Part shown: one piece after another, positions 12,015-23,801 of the stretch | Layout: each line of letters begins with the position of its first letter | Position numbering within the stretch: the stretch's first letter is position 1 | Assembly: GCF_001194135.2 (NCBI RefSeq) | Contig: NC_068989.1 | Coordinates: 9,659,537 to 9,719,317 of the forward strand | DNA from: Octopus bimaculoides | Lineage: Eukaryota | Length of the DNA stretch: 59,781 nucleotides | Direction of reading: 5' to 3' | Translations under genes and position numbers: made by a program | Notes under the pieces: generated by a model | Told to the model about the DNA's origin: nothing | The model's database searches: none | What the model saw: the letters and a program-made list of their open reading frames with translations, nothing else

Positions 12015-14368
12015 ATGAGAGATGGGAAGAGCCATACACACACATGCGCATATACCTTTAAATATGCTTGCCTGTATGAGCATGTACATGTGAGTATGTA
12101 TATATGAGTATATGTGAATGTGTGTATATATACATACACACGCACAAATAAATACAGGGAAGGAGGGAGAGTGAGAGGGGAGGAGGGAAGGGAAAGACCA
12201 TCAACCCAGCATATTTAATTTGATACTAATACATTACTACTAGAATATGTTGTTTTTTTAAAATTCCAACAACAAATCTGCTTCTTATAACAGTAGAGAA
12301 ATATGAAGAGTTGATTCTTGTTGACATAGTCAAATGTAACTTAGTATGGTTTAATCTTCTGACATATAAACAGTTCTCAAGAACTGCAGTGCTGTTGTTC
12401 ATATACAGTCTAAGGTTTTGATATTAGTTGCATATAACATGGATTTTAGTTGAAGCATATCCAGCACTGATCCGCAGAGAAATCTTACTCAAAGTTGACA
12501 AGTATAACATGAAGCATTTAGCATCAAGTTACCAATCAGTTTTGCATACAACAATATTTACTGCATTTCAAAATAAATAATATTGTTAAAAACTAAGTAG
12601 CCAAAACCAATATTTATGTTAGGAAAAGAATCAAGAGGAAAAAAAAAATAATAAAAATTAAAATAAATTTTTTTTTTTAAAATAGCAATCGATAGATCGA
12701 TCAATAAGATCATTAATGAACTTTGTTATTAAGTAAAAGCCAAACGACAAGCTAATGCAAAATATTCTGTAACATGATATGAGTTGCAAAGATCGGCAAA
12801 CTGCTTCTTTGGCAAATAGACTTTTCACATAGCTTCCTACCAAATACACTAAATGCAGTTGCAACTTAACAATAACTAGACCCCCCCCCCTGCACCGTCT
12901 TCACCTCACCCCTCTTATTTTTCTTATGTTTGGTTCCTGTTATTGTGTGTGTCTGTGTGTGATATAGTTGTTGTTGTTGTTGTTTATATGACCATGAAAT
13001 ATCTCAGAGGAGTAAGTTGAGAATCTATATATTGATTTTATCTCATTTAATCCTAGAATGGAGATCAACCAGCATAGATATGCATTCTCATGGAAACAAG
13101 ATAATGGGAATAGAAAAAATATTTAAAATGTGTGTGTATGTGGAAAACGATATGAAAAAATATATACATCAGTAAAATATGGCAAGGAGGAAAAAAAAAA
13201 AGAAAAAAGAAAGTAACAATAAGAGAAAATAGAAATTCTATTTTGCATTTCCTACATTAGATAGAGGGAAAAAATGTTTATGATATAGCAATCAATACTA
13301 CATTTGCAACTAATACACTTGTTGGTTGAGGAAAATATTCAGAATTTTTCTTTTCTATTTAAATCAAATATTCCTAGTAATTAGAGTATGGAGCAGCCAT
13401 AATAACCATGTGTTCTCTGCAAAACTGTCCATTTCCTATGTTAGTTTCACAATAACGTAGAAATGTAAGGTTGACAGATACTGGGAGACAGCAGAAAAAT
13501 ATTCTTCAACATAGATTAAAGACTGTTTGGAGAAGCAACAATAGAAGAACTGCTTTAAAATTCAAAAATCTAATAACAGGAGCCTGTTTTACGCCCTTCA
13601 CACTAGCCTTGGAATAATTTCAAAAAGTAAGCACTTTCCATGTGGAGCCAGCCTCTTTTCAATGCCTGCACGACAAGAAAGTTATAATTTCCACAAGTTC
13701 TATGTAAGACATATAAATCTCTCTCTCTGTTATGCAGAAAGTAACAACAAAAGGAAAGAAACATTAAAACGATACCCATTTGATATATAGCTGACAAAAT
13801 GGTGGGGTTTTTTACAAGAGGGAAATCTATAACCAGTATTGAACTTTGACTAACTTTGATGCTGCTATAGTTAAGTTAGCAGCAATAATCTGAATATAAA
13901 TAGCAAACAGAAAATAAAAGAGGAACCAGCATGGAGTATAGCAGAAACGCTATTATGATAGACATCAAACACACATATTTTTCTTAACGAATAAATGAAT
14001 AATTAAACAAGATAATTAAATAACATTATAATGGAAGTGAATGGAATATAATTTCCAGATGAAAGGAAAAATTAACTAAAAAAAAAAAATGAAAACAAAA
14101 GAAATTAGATTTTCTATCTTATAATCAAATTCAGCCTGAGTTTGATGGATTTTTTCATCCCCAGCTACACACTAATGTAGTAAAGAAAAGGAAATAAAAA
14201 AAAGCCCAAGAAAATGTTTGAAATTATTAAATTTAAGGTAGTATTTATGAAGAGTTGTGGAGGGGGGGGGTAGTGGGATGGTCAGATTAAAAAAAAAAAA
14301 TTGTGGCGCTTAGCTAATGTTAAGTACTATAGGTCAGGGTAGGTTGAGCAGCCTTAAAGTAAGTTTAC

Positions 14369-14434
14369 CTGGTTCACGTAGAATGTTATGCTACCACTTT
14401 GCTGAGTGGCCACATTGTCATGAGTACCCCGATA
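14369..14434 (-). CDS. Candidate 66-nt frame-preserving cassette exon (YRGTHDNVATQQSGSITFYVNQ)
   Basis: Acceptor tgctgtttcctttttctcctcttgtag, donor CAG|gtaaac, 22 codons open in phase 0, matching the host intron phase. No homology recognised. Confidence 0.3.
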
Positions 14435-14764
14435 CTACAAGAGGAGAAAAAGGAAACAGCACGTTATACAACTAGAGGTGGACATTCAATAATGTAGAAG
14501 ATGAGGTAAATGAACAGAGAAGAAGGGGGGAGGTTTCGGTTTTTTTTTCCCGGTTGTTTTGTTGTTTTTCTTTGTTTTCAAATCTTCCCCCCTCCCCTTC
14601 CTCTCCCCACCTCAAACTCTGCTTGATAGGGTTATCAAAAACTATTGCTTGTCAGTAAGACTTCTAAATGGACGGGGAAGAAAAAAAAAATTGATCTTTT
14701 GCGTTCTTTGAAACAACTAATACTAATACATAACAATCACCCCTTGCCCCAACACACAAATGAA

Positions 14765-14959
14765 CATATATATATATACACACATATATATGTATATATA
14801 TATATATATACATGTGTTTGTGTGTGTATGTATGTACATATAGATATATACACATATATATATAGACGCATATATATATACATATATACATATACACATA
14901 CATATATATAGATAGATAGATATAGATACATATATATATATATATATATAGATACACAC

Positions 14960-14994
<35 letters not shown>

Positions 14995-15055
14995 TACATA
15001 TATATATATATATATATAGTGTGTGTGTGTGTATGTGTGTGTGTATAAATACACA
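14765..15055. repeat. Compound (TA)n/(TG)n microsatellite
   Basis: Direct reading. Confidence 0.9.
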
Positions 15056-15997
15056 TAGAGAAATAAGTGGACAGAAGTGCTAATGTATATTTCTATTATC
15101 ACAAGAAACATCGATTGCTTGCTCTACAGTAAATTAGAAAAGAAATTTTAATTAATTGATAGCACTCAATGTTAATTGTAAAAGGCTAGCTGGGAAGTAA
15201 AGCAGCTTCTGAATGAAAGTGCCAGAAAGCACTAAGCAAAATCAAATTAAAAAGATGTTTGGGTATGACTGATTGTTGCTGTAAAGTCTTGAAATATTTC
15301 AGCCAAAGACTTAACCAAAAATGAACAGCAGTATAGCTTCCTTCGAATACCCTCATGGACCCTGTAACTCCTACCATTCTACTGAAATTGTCACACCTAT
15401 TTTCCAATGTTAATCACATTAGGAATGCTTGCAAGAAAGTAAAAGGCTTTTAACACTACACAGTGATGAACAATTTAGTGAAGACATGCTGTTTTTTCAT
15501 TTTTTTCTTTTCATTTTTTTTTAAAGTCTCAAAAATATACATAGCATCAAAGTGTTAAAAAAAAAAAAAAAAAGACAAAGTGTGGAAAAGGCGGGAGAAA
15601 GAAAGAGACATATCCTGAAAAAATGCATGTTAACGTAATTCAGTGAAATTAGTTATTCTGCGTTGAAAAACAAACAATCAAGAAAGAACAACATTAAGTA
15701 ATTACTAACGAGGCAAAGATTTGTGTTGGAATTAAAGGGATTAGTTTATTATTATTACTATTTTTATTGATTTTAATGTGAAAAACACACACAGAAATGA
15801 CAAATAAAAGAGATTAAAGTAAATTAATTTCACTACTAGATTCAGTGTTGGTTAATAATTTAGTGGAAAGTAAAAACAAATGATTAGACATATTTTCTAA
15901 ACATGCATGTTTATAACGACAGTGTTGCTCTTTATTTTGTGCAGATCAAGAAATGAAGTGCTGTATACTTCCAAAGTACTAATATTATTTTTACAAG

Positions 15998-16031
<34 letters not shown>

Positions 16032-16169
16032 GAAACAAGACTGACAATAACCACACCAACAACAACCACAACCAAAACAACAACATCAACAACGAAGACC
16101 ACCACAACAATAACAACATGGAACAATTTAAATGACGGCTGAATAATAATAATAGTAATACTGATAATG

Positions 16170-16209
<40 letters not shown>

Positions 16210-16260
16210 TAATAATGATAGCAGCAGCAGTAGCAACACTGATATTGATGATGACAATGA
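15998..16260. repeat. (AAT)n/(AAC)n compound trinucleotide repeat
   Basis: Direct reading. Confidence 0.9.
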
Positions 16261-16870
16261 GAGTATCAAGTGCAGTCACTTAATATCTCATCAACAACAG
16301 AAGAGGGTCCTTTGTCTCCTAAATATTTCTCAAAATACAAGAGGTAGAAGAGAAAGTTTTTAATCTGCAAAACAAAATAATATAATTACTCCTGCTATAG
16401 ACAGAGAAAGATTTTAAAAATAGCATTCGCATTTTCCAGCCTCGAAATAGGGAAAAAGACGACGACGAAGAAGAAGAAATTCTTTTGGGAAATGGAAATT
16501 ACACTGATATATGTTATTACCTTTGAAAGACAGAATTTTCTGTCAGATGTAAATAAACAATGATATTGGAGATGATGATGATGATGATAATAATGATGAT
16601 AATAATGTACAAGAGAAAAATCTATTGTATAAGAGGAAAAAAAGACAATTAGTGTTGTTAATATATATATATATATATATATATAGTTGGATTCTTAATA
16701 TTCTGTGCAGTCTGGTGATATGGAACACTGGAAAGAATGTATGTATGATGGGCGTGACATGAAATATTTAAACTATGCTTTAAAAACAANNNNNNNNNNN
16801 NNNNNNNNNNNNNNNNNNNNNNNNNNNNNNNNNNNNNNNNNNNNNNNNNNNNNNNNNNNNCAGTGTTGTA

Positions 16871-16908
<38 letters not shown>

Positions 16909-16909
<1 letters not shown>

Positions 16910-17255
16910 GAGTAAGAGAGTAGTGCATGCCATCAAAGTGACACTGGGGTAAAATATACGAAGCCCATTATACCCATCATGACTACCTGTCTGATAAGGG
17001 TACACCAGGCACATGCATCACAACCATGTGTACGCAACATGATGATCCCATATCAAGATAAACAGCGCATGACCTCACAGGTGGGGCCCAGTTAGAATTT
17101 TCTTCAGGTCGAGTAGCCCATCCCACTCAAAAGAACCCTAAATAAGGGTTGTTTCAGAATGTTGAACAAAACATCCATGTTTCCAAAGGTGAATTATCCA
17201 AACCCCAAAGAATTCCTCTCAACACATAGCTATGATACTCCCCCACTACTTCTGC
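16909..17255 (-). mobile_element. Family D non-autonomous repeat embedded in (TAA)n
   Basis: About 120 bp (17130-17252) is shared with 18843-18963. Flanked on both sides by (TTA)n. Orientation is inferred from the adjacent LINE tail. Confidence 0.7.
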
Positions 17256-17477
17256 ATTATTATTATTATTATTCAAAAATTGACTCAGGATTTGGTATCC
17301 ACATGTTTTCAATAAGCTGTCAAGTGCTCAAAACCCTTCCGATGATGATTTTACCTGTTCCTCTAAAGAACATTCCATTCCAATCACCTTCATCCATATG
17401 TCATTATTCACAGTCCCTAATGCACCAATTATCAGAGGCACAACCTTTACAGATTTCATGTTCCAAATCTTCACAAG
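17256..17477 (-). mobile_element. R4/Dong-clade (restriction-like endonuclease) non-LTR retrotransposon 3' end with (TAA)n tail
   Basis: The minus strand encodes VKIWNMKSVKVVPLIIGALGTVNNDIWMKVIGMECSLE and, after a frameshift, GTGKIIIGRVLST* (stop at 17320-17322). This matches the R4/Dong C-terminal pattern (..V.V.P..IGALG.....LLGTA.I.R.VL). A short 3' UTR and (TAA)n follow. Confidence 0.8.
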
Positions 17478-17577
17478 TGTCTTCTACCATAGCCTCAGGC
17501 CAACCAAAACCTTGTGAGTGGATTTGGTAGACAGAAACTGAAAGAAGCCCATCGTATATATGTATATATGTATATAC

Positions 17578-17613
<36 letters not shown>

Positions 17614-17803
17614 NNNNNNNNNNCAACATCGCTTGACAACCGATGCTGGTGTGTTTACGTCCCTGTAACTTAGCGGTTCAGCAAAAGACACCGATAGAAT
17701 AAGTACTAGGCTTACAAAGAATAAGTCTTGGGGTCGATTTGCTCGACTAAAGGCAGTGCTCCAGCATGACCACAGTCAAATGATTGAAACAAGTAAAAGA
17801 GTA
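17474..17803 (+). mobile_element. Family A SINE, 5'-truncated, with internal (TA)n
   Basis: Closely similar to 35275-35662; tail ends gaaacaagtaaaagag. Confidence 0.9.
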
Positions 17804-17810
17804 AACGACA

Positions 17811-17886
17811 CAGATCCAACCTCTCAATCCTACCCTACAATGTCATTCTAAAAATAAACAGTCACATCATTGAAATCTCAAAGCTA
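17811..17886. mobile_element. Fragment of a common octopus MITE-like repeat
   Basis: cctaccctacaatgtcattctaaaaataaacagtcacatcattgaaatctcaaagcta is recognised from memory as part of a TTAA-bounded repeat; not verified. Confidence 0.4.
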
Positions 17887-18232
17887 TGATGAAATATTGC
17901 ACACAACGAGGTCTTTAGCTTCAAATATTGTTTTAGCTAAATTTACATCAGCTTAGTTATGCTTGATATTTATTATATTGTTGTTAACACTGTAAGTTAT
18001 CTAAATCATTAATTTTTCCAATAACCTCAATCTGTTGCCTAGCTCTTATCATAAAAATGTTTAATACAACGAAACAATGATCTGAAGTTATATAAATTTT
18101 ATAAATCAAAAAAATAAAAATAAAATTTGGTTTTCAAGATTTTTGATGTAAACTCATGTGGCATAATGACCCTCATGAGATACAAAATAATAAATAAAAA
18201 AAATAAGAAAGAAATTATGATGTGAAATTTCT

Positions 18233-18843
18233 GCAGGTACAGGCATGGTTGTGTGGTAAGAAGCTTGCAGAAGCATTACCCCGCCGGGCAAAATGCTTTC
18301 GTCTGCCATTATGTTCTGAGTTCAAATTCTGCCAAGGTCGAATTTGTCTTTCATCCTTTCAGGGTTGATAAATTAAGTACCAGTTATGTACTGGAGTCGA
18401 TGTAATCAACTTAGTCCCTTTGTCCTTGTTTGTCCCCTCTATGTTTAGCCCCTTGTGGGCAATAAAGAAATAAGAAGCTTGTTTCCCAACCACATGCTCT
18501 GGGTTCAGTCCCACTACATGGCACCTTGGCCAAGTGTCTTCTGTTATAGCCCTGAGCTGACCAAAGCCTTTGTGAGTGGACTTGGTAGGTGGAAACTGAA
18601 AAGAATCCAGTTCTATGTGTGTGTGTGTCTTTGTATGTCCTCCATTACAACCTGAAAACCAGTGTTGTGTTTATGTCCCTGTAACTTAACAGTTTGGCAA
18701 AAGAAACTGTTGGAATAAACATAAAGCTTATAACAAACAAAAAAATAAATAAATAACTGGGGTCGATTCATTCAACTAAAAACTCTTCAAAGTGGTGCCC
18801 CAGTATGGCCACAGTCTAATGGGTGAAACAAGTAAAAGATAAA
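18233..18843 (+). mobile_element. Family A SINE interrupted by a nested family B SINE
   Basis: Head begins ggcatggttgtgtggtaagaagcttg, resumes at 18471 taagaagcttgtttcccaaccacatg and ends gaaacaagtaaaagataaaa. Confidence 0.85.
18268..18476 (+). mobile_element. Family B tRNA-derived SINE (MetaSINE-like core), nested
   Basis: B-box gagttcaaattc, core gccaaggtcgaatttgtctttcatcctttcagggttgataaattaagtaccag, TSD taagaagcttg at 18257-18267 and 18471-18481. Confidence 0.85.
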
Positions 18844-19105
18844 AAGGTCCCTGGATAACGGTTGTTTAAGGATGTTGAATGAAACACCCATGTTTCCAAA
18901 GGTGAATTATCCAAACTCCAAAGAATTCCTCTCAACACATGGCTATGATGCTCCCCCACTGCTTACAAGCAAATCTGTGGTATTGAACGGAATATTTGCT
19001 GTAGCCCGTCTTTTATACCTAGACAAAACAATGTACATGATAACACTTCCAATCATTTAAGATCAGAAGCCATGAAAGCCATTGCTTGGTACTGCATCAG
19101 GGAAA
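18843..19105 (-). mobile_element. Family D repeat, second partial copy
   Basis: Shares the 17130-17252 block, extends further, and ends next to (TTA)n at 19106-19120. Confidence 0.7.
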
Positions 19106-19711
19106 TATTATTATTATTATTTTTTGTTCCACTAGTAGAAGTAAAAACAGTAGAGAGCTTGACTAAATAGCAAGCTAGTTCCACTTAGCTAAAATCTTTT
19201 AATTACTGAATTCATATCCAGCCAGAGTTGACATTATTTTTCATTCTTCCCAAGGTCGATAAAATATGTATCAGTAACATACTGGAAATTAATTCACTTG
19301 ACTAAATTCTTTCCTCAACAAATGATTTTGATAATGTTAGCTTTATCTGGGAGGAAAAGATAAATGCCTGCAAATATATCAATTCAATGTATTACTATAT
19401 CTTTCCTAAAGAATTAGCATATAAAATGTCTCATTTATGATAATTACAAATGTAATTAATCAGAGACCACACAAAATTTAAATATTAAACTGTAGCAACA
19501 TTTCAATTCAATGTCATAAAAATATTGTAATATAAAAAAAAAAATATATATATATATATATTTTTTTTTTGTACATTACATACTCATTTTCCTGCTATCA
19601 GTAATAATAATAATAATACTAGTTCTTTTTTTTAATAATGATAATAATAATAATAATAATAACAGCAATAATAATAATAACAGTAATAATAATTTATAGC
19701 AATAATAATAA

Positions 19712-19923
19712 TTTAAAATTTCTGTAACAAGGGCAGCTTGCGGGAGGGGATTAATTCAATTACATTGATCCCCAGTATTTCACTGGTACTTAATTTATCA
19801 ATCCCCGAAAGGATGAAAGGCAAAGTTGATCTTGGCGGAATTTGAACTCAGAACGTAACGACGGGTGAAATATCGCTAAGCATTCCATTCAGTGTGCCAA
19901 GAATTCTGCTAGCTTGTGGCCTT
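19712..19923 (-). mobile_element. Family B SINE
   Basis: ggtacttaatttatcaatccccgaaaggatgaaaggcaaagttgatcttggcggaatttgaactcagaac is the reverse complement of the family B core and B-box; (AAT)n on both flanks. Confidence 0.9.
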
Positions 19924-19950
19924 AGTAATAATAATAACAACAACAATAAT

Positions 19951-20157
19951 CCTTTCTATTATAGGCTCAAGGTCTGAAATTTTGGGGGAGTGGAGTGGTT
20001 GATTACACTAACCCCAGTGTTTCACTGGTACTTAATTTATTGACCCTGGAAAGATGAAAGGCAAAGTCCTCAAAGACCTCAGTGGAATCTGAGCTCAGAA
20101 TGTAAAGATGAATGAAATATCGCTAAACATTTCACCCGGTGTACTAACGATTCTGCC
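19951..20157 (-). mobile_element. Family B SINE
   Basis: Same core as 19712-19923; (AAT)n flanks. Confidence 0.88.
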
Positions 20158-20429
20158 ATAATGATAATAATAATAATAATAATAATAATGATGATGATGA
20201 TAATGATAATAATGACTTACAAATATATATAACATACAGAAAATTGCACTACTGGGCACTGCACACATCCTACGCAAAACACTTTCAATACAGTAACCAT
20301 AAGAGCATCACAGCAAACCACAGCACATACCTAAGGCACACAGAGCTGCGCTCGGTAGTGAAGTGAAAGCACGTTATAAAATTAAAACTACTGAACAATA
20401 ATAATAATAATAAAAATAACAACAATAAT

Positions 20430-20479
20430 GGTTTCAAATTTTGGTGCAAGGCCAGCAAGGTCGGGGGAGGGTGAAGTCG
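20430..20479 (-). mobile_element. Family B SINE 3' fragment
   Basis: ggtttcaaattttggtgcaaggccagcaag... directly after (AAT)n. Confidence 0.6.
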
Positions 20480-21374
20480 GGTGGATGGACAGGTAGGCAG
20501 ATAGACAAATAAGAGGATAAATGGATAGACTGAATAGATGGATACACAGATGGATACCTGGACAGACAGACGGATAAATGGACAGATAGATAGATAAAGT
20601 GCACTGAATTAAAAACTTGGTGCCATTATATTACAGGTTCTTATTTTAGTAAATTACTTTGGGAAAGACAAAGTCCACAAGTAGGATTTGAAAGCTAAAC
20701 CATACAAGCCATCATAAGACACCTGCGTACACACAACTCTCAGTAACAATTCCACTATCCTAGAGCAATAGTAATGAACAACACTAATATGTATGTAACT
20801 ACACATCATGGCTAAATGACCAAAGACTACATTATAGGAATGACAATGGGACAGAGAGAGTGATACTAAGAAATATGGTAAGAGAGAGCGGTGGGGATAT
20901 GGTAATGGAGAAGTGAAACTGTAGTAATAATGGTGGTCGTGGTGGTGGTGGTGGTGGTGGTGGCGGTGCTGTTAATGCTGGTGATAGTGACTGTTGTGTT
21001 GATGGTGGTGGTCATGAAAGGATGAGAGGTGACAGGGTTAGTGGAATAAGAAGTTGAGTGTGGTAGAGAGAGAGCTGGTGGGTCGGAGATGGTGGCAGAA
21101 GTTATGATGGGAGTTTATAGCAATAATAACAGCGGCAGTGAAAGCATTAGTGGTGGTAATTATAGTGGTAATAATGGAAGGAGCGGAGGAGTGGGAGGGG
21201 TGGTGGTGGTGGTGGTGGCAGCAGGGGAGATGATGGTGACAACGATGACGACTGTGGTGGTGTTGGCGGAAACAATAAATCAGAACCTAACACCATAGTC
21301 CAGTAGGCAGAGACAAGATAGAGCATAGAATTGAACATTTTTCTGGTGCTGAGTAGAGAAAGTAATGGAAAAAG

Positions 21375-21377
<3 letters not shown>

Positions 21378-21432
<55 letters not shown>

Positions 21433-21824
21433 TAATAATAACGATAATAAAAATAACGATAATAATAATAATAATAATAACAATAATAATAATAATAATA
21501 ATAATAATATTAATAATGAAAATAATAATAATAATGATGATGATAATAATGATAATAATAATAATGATGATAATAAAAATAATAATGATGATAATAATAA
21601 AAATAATATTATTAATAATAATAATAATAATAATAATAACAATAATAATAATAATAATAACGATAATAAAAATAATAATAATAATGATAATAATAACAAT
21701 AATAATAATAATAACGATAATAAAAATAATAATAATGATAACAATAATAATAGTAATAACAATAATAATATTAATAATAATAATAATGATAATAATAATA
21801 ATGATGATAAAAATAATAATGATG

Positions 21825-21867
<43 letters not shown>

Positions 21868-21890
21868 TGATAATAATAATGATCATAATA
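21378..21890. repeat. About 510-bp imperfect (AAT)n array with GAT/AAC/AAA variants
   Basis: Direct reading; source of the poly-N/I/L pseudo-ORFs. Confidence 0.95.
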
Positions 21891-22627
21891 AGAAAGCATT
21901 TTGCATTTTTATGCTGTCTACTCAAGGCTGGGAGTTGTCCGAATTAAGGGAAATATGATAAGTGGTAAAGAAAATAACAGTAATGTGAACAACACATAAA
22001 ACCCCCTAAAAGAAAGAATATTCATACTGTACATTATCGGTTTATGACACACCAATGAATTGATTTCTTTCCGGAATTATCTGAAAATAAATTCTCTGCT
22101 CTGACTGAGTCACTATTGGCAGATCCATGGGGAATAACAGACATTTGCAGTGCATATTTATGGTGCATAATTAATTTACAAGTCAGCAAGAAGCAGAAGT
22201 TCAAGATAAAAGCTGTCTTTTGTAAAGAAGGGGAAATAAAGTAACAGAGTTTGCAAGTGGGGTCTCAATTTCACAGTGGTTGTGGGATGATGATCAGATC
22301 GTTACTGGAGCTTGTTTGTTCGTTTAGTAACAGCAAGACAAGTTGGAAACAATTTACAGAAGAATGCAGCGAAGATAATGGTTCATAACCAAAAGAATGT
22401 ACTGACAGACAGTCTTGTGTGAGCTACAAGGAGAGGGGAAAAAACGATTTTACTGTCACACCAAAACAGTGTCTTGGGGTGATTGAGTGAGAGAGAGAGA
22501 GAGAGAGAATGAAAGACAATAGAAGTCGACAATTGGCTGAGGTCACAACAGCAAAGAAACACACAATTTCATCAATAGGAAAAGCACTGAGAAAATAATA
22601 ATAATAATAATAATAATAATAATTAAA

Positions 22628-23026
22628 TAGGCATAGCTATGGCCATGAGTTAAGAAGATTGCTTTACAACCATGTGGTTTCAGGTTCAGTCCCACTGCAT
22701 GATGCTTGGGCAAGCATCTTCTACTACAGCACCAGGTTGACTAATGCCTTGTGACTGAATTTGGTAGATGGAAACTGTGAAGGAGCCCATCATGTATGTG
22801 TGTCTTTGTGCTTGCATTAGCATCTAACCTCCTACTACTTGGAAACCAGTGTTGGCTTGTTTATATCCCCATACCTTAGCATAGCAGTTCAGCAATAGAG
22901 ACTGATAAAATAAGTACCAAATTTTTAAAACTTAAGTGTTGGGGTTGATTGGTTCAACTAAAACTCTTCAATGTGATGCCCCAGCATGACCACAATCCAA
23001 TGAGTGAAACAAATAAAAAATAAAAG
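22628..23026 (+). mobile_element. Family A SINE, full length, diverged
   Basis: ggttcagtcccactgc head, gaatttggtagatggaaactg body, ccccagcatgaccacaatccaatgagtgaaacaaataaaa tail. Confidence 0.85.
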
Positions 23027-23584
23027 AAAAATAGCTTGGTGCCAAAATATTTTTTCTGCAATATATACTGTCAACATTCATCAAAAACTTTCTTCAACTC
23101 ACTATAGCTGTATAGCCAACTTGCTAGATTACTTACTGATCACAAGTTCAAAGTATTCTACAGCCAACATTCTATGTCCCTATGGAATAAATTCATTCTG
23201 CCACTTTGCCTTATGGCTGAATATGCATAGGGGACACTCACTTTTCATGGTTTAATGATTAGTATTTACAATTTCTTCCCCATAATCAAAAACAAAGGCT
23301 TACAGCAAGAATAATACACACACACACACACACACACACTTCCAAGTTGTACTTGTTTGCCAAGTGACTTGATCTGAGGCCATGTGATTAAACTGAAAAT
23401 GTTACATTGGGGAAGAGCAGCTTTATAATAGACACTGCTATTAAGGAACAAACAAAATGTGAGTATAATAGGTTCTTTTTCTTTTTTGTTTCTTAAATGA
23501 CTAAAACGACTTTTCCACCTAAAAGTGCTGCCAATCAGTATGGATTAGGAAAAAAGCAAACTCATTCACACACACACACATATA

Positions 23585-23801
23585 TGAGGGGGTGCTGAAA
23601 AGTTCCTGGCTTTGGGTAAAAGAATATACAGGAGGATCAGTTAATTATGATTTTATTCAACATATTCCCCTCTCAGATTCACACACTTAATGCAGCAGTC
23701 CTTCAGTTTTTCTAAGACCTGTCAAAGAACTCGGAAGGTTGGGCCTCCAACCAGGCATTTCGCAATACCTTTAAAGTCAGGAACTTTTCAACACTCCCTC
23801 A
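23585..23801. mobile_element. Tc1/mariner-derived MITE
   Basis: Terminal inverted repeats (ta)tgagggggtgctgaaaagttcctggcttt and aaagtcaggaacttttcaacactccctca(ta), 3 mismatches over 31 bp including the TA target duplication. Internal attcaacatattcccctctcagattcacacac is mariner-like. Confidence 0.9.

Noticed and set aside
17159-17530. 123-aa plus-strand ORF (MLNKTSMFPK...) and its relative at 18872-19060
   Set aside because: A chance frame across family D, the antisense of the Dong fragment and a SINE; the similarity is repeat homology.
21280-21958. Poly-Asn/Ile/Leu ORFs of 143-212 aa
   Set aside because: (AAT)n array with no splice or homology support.
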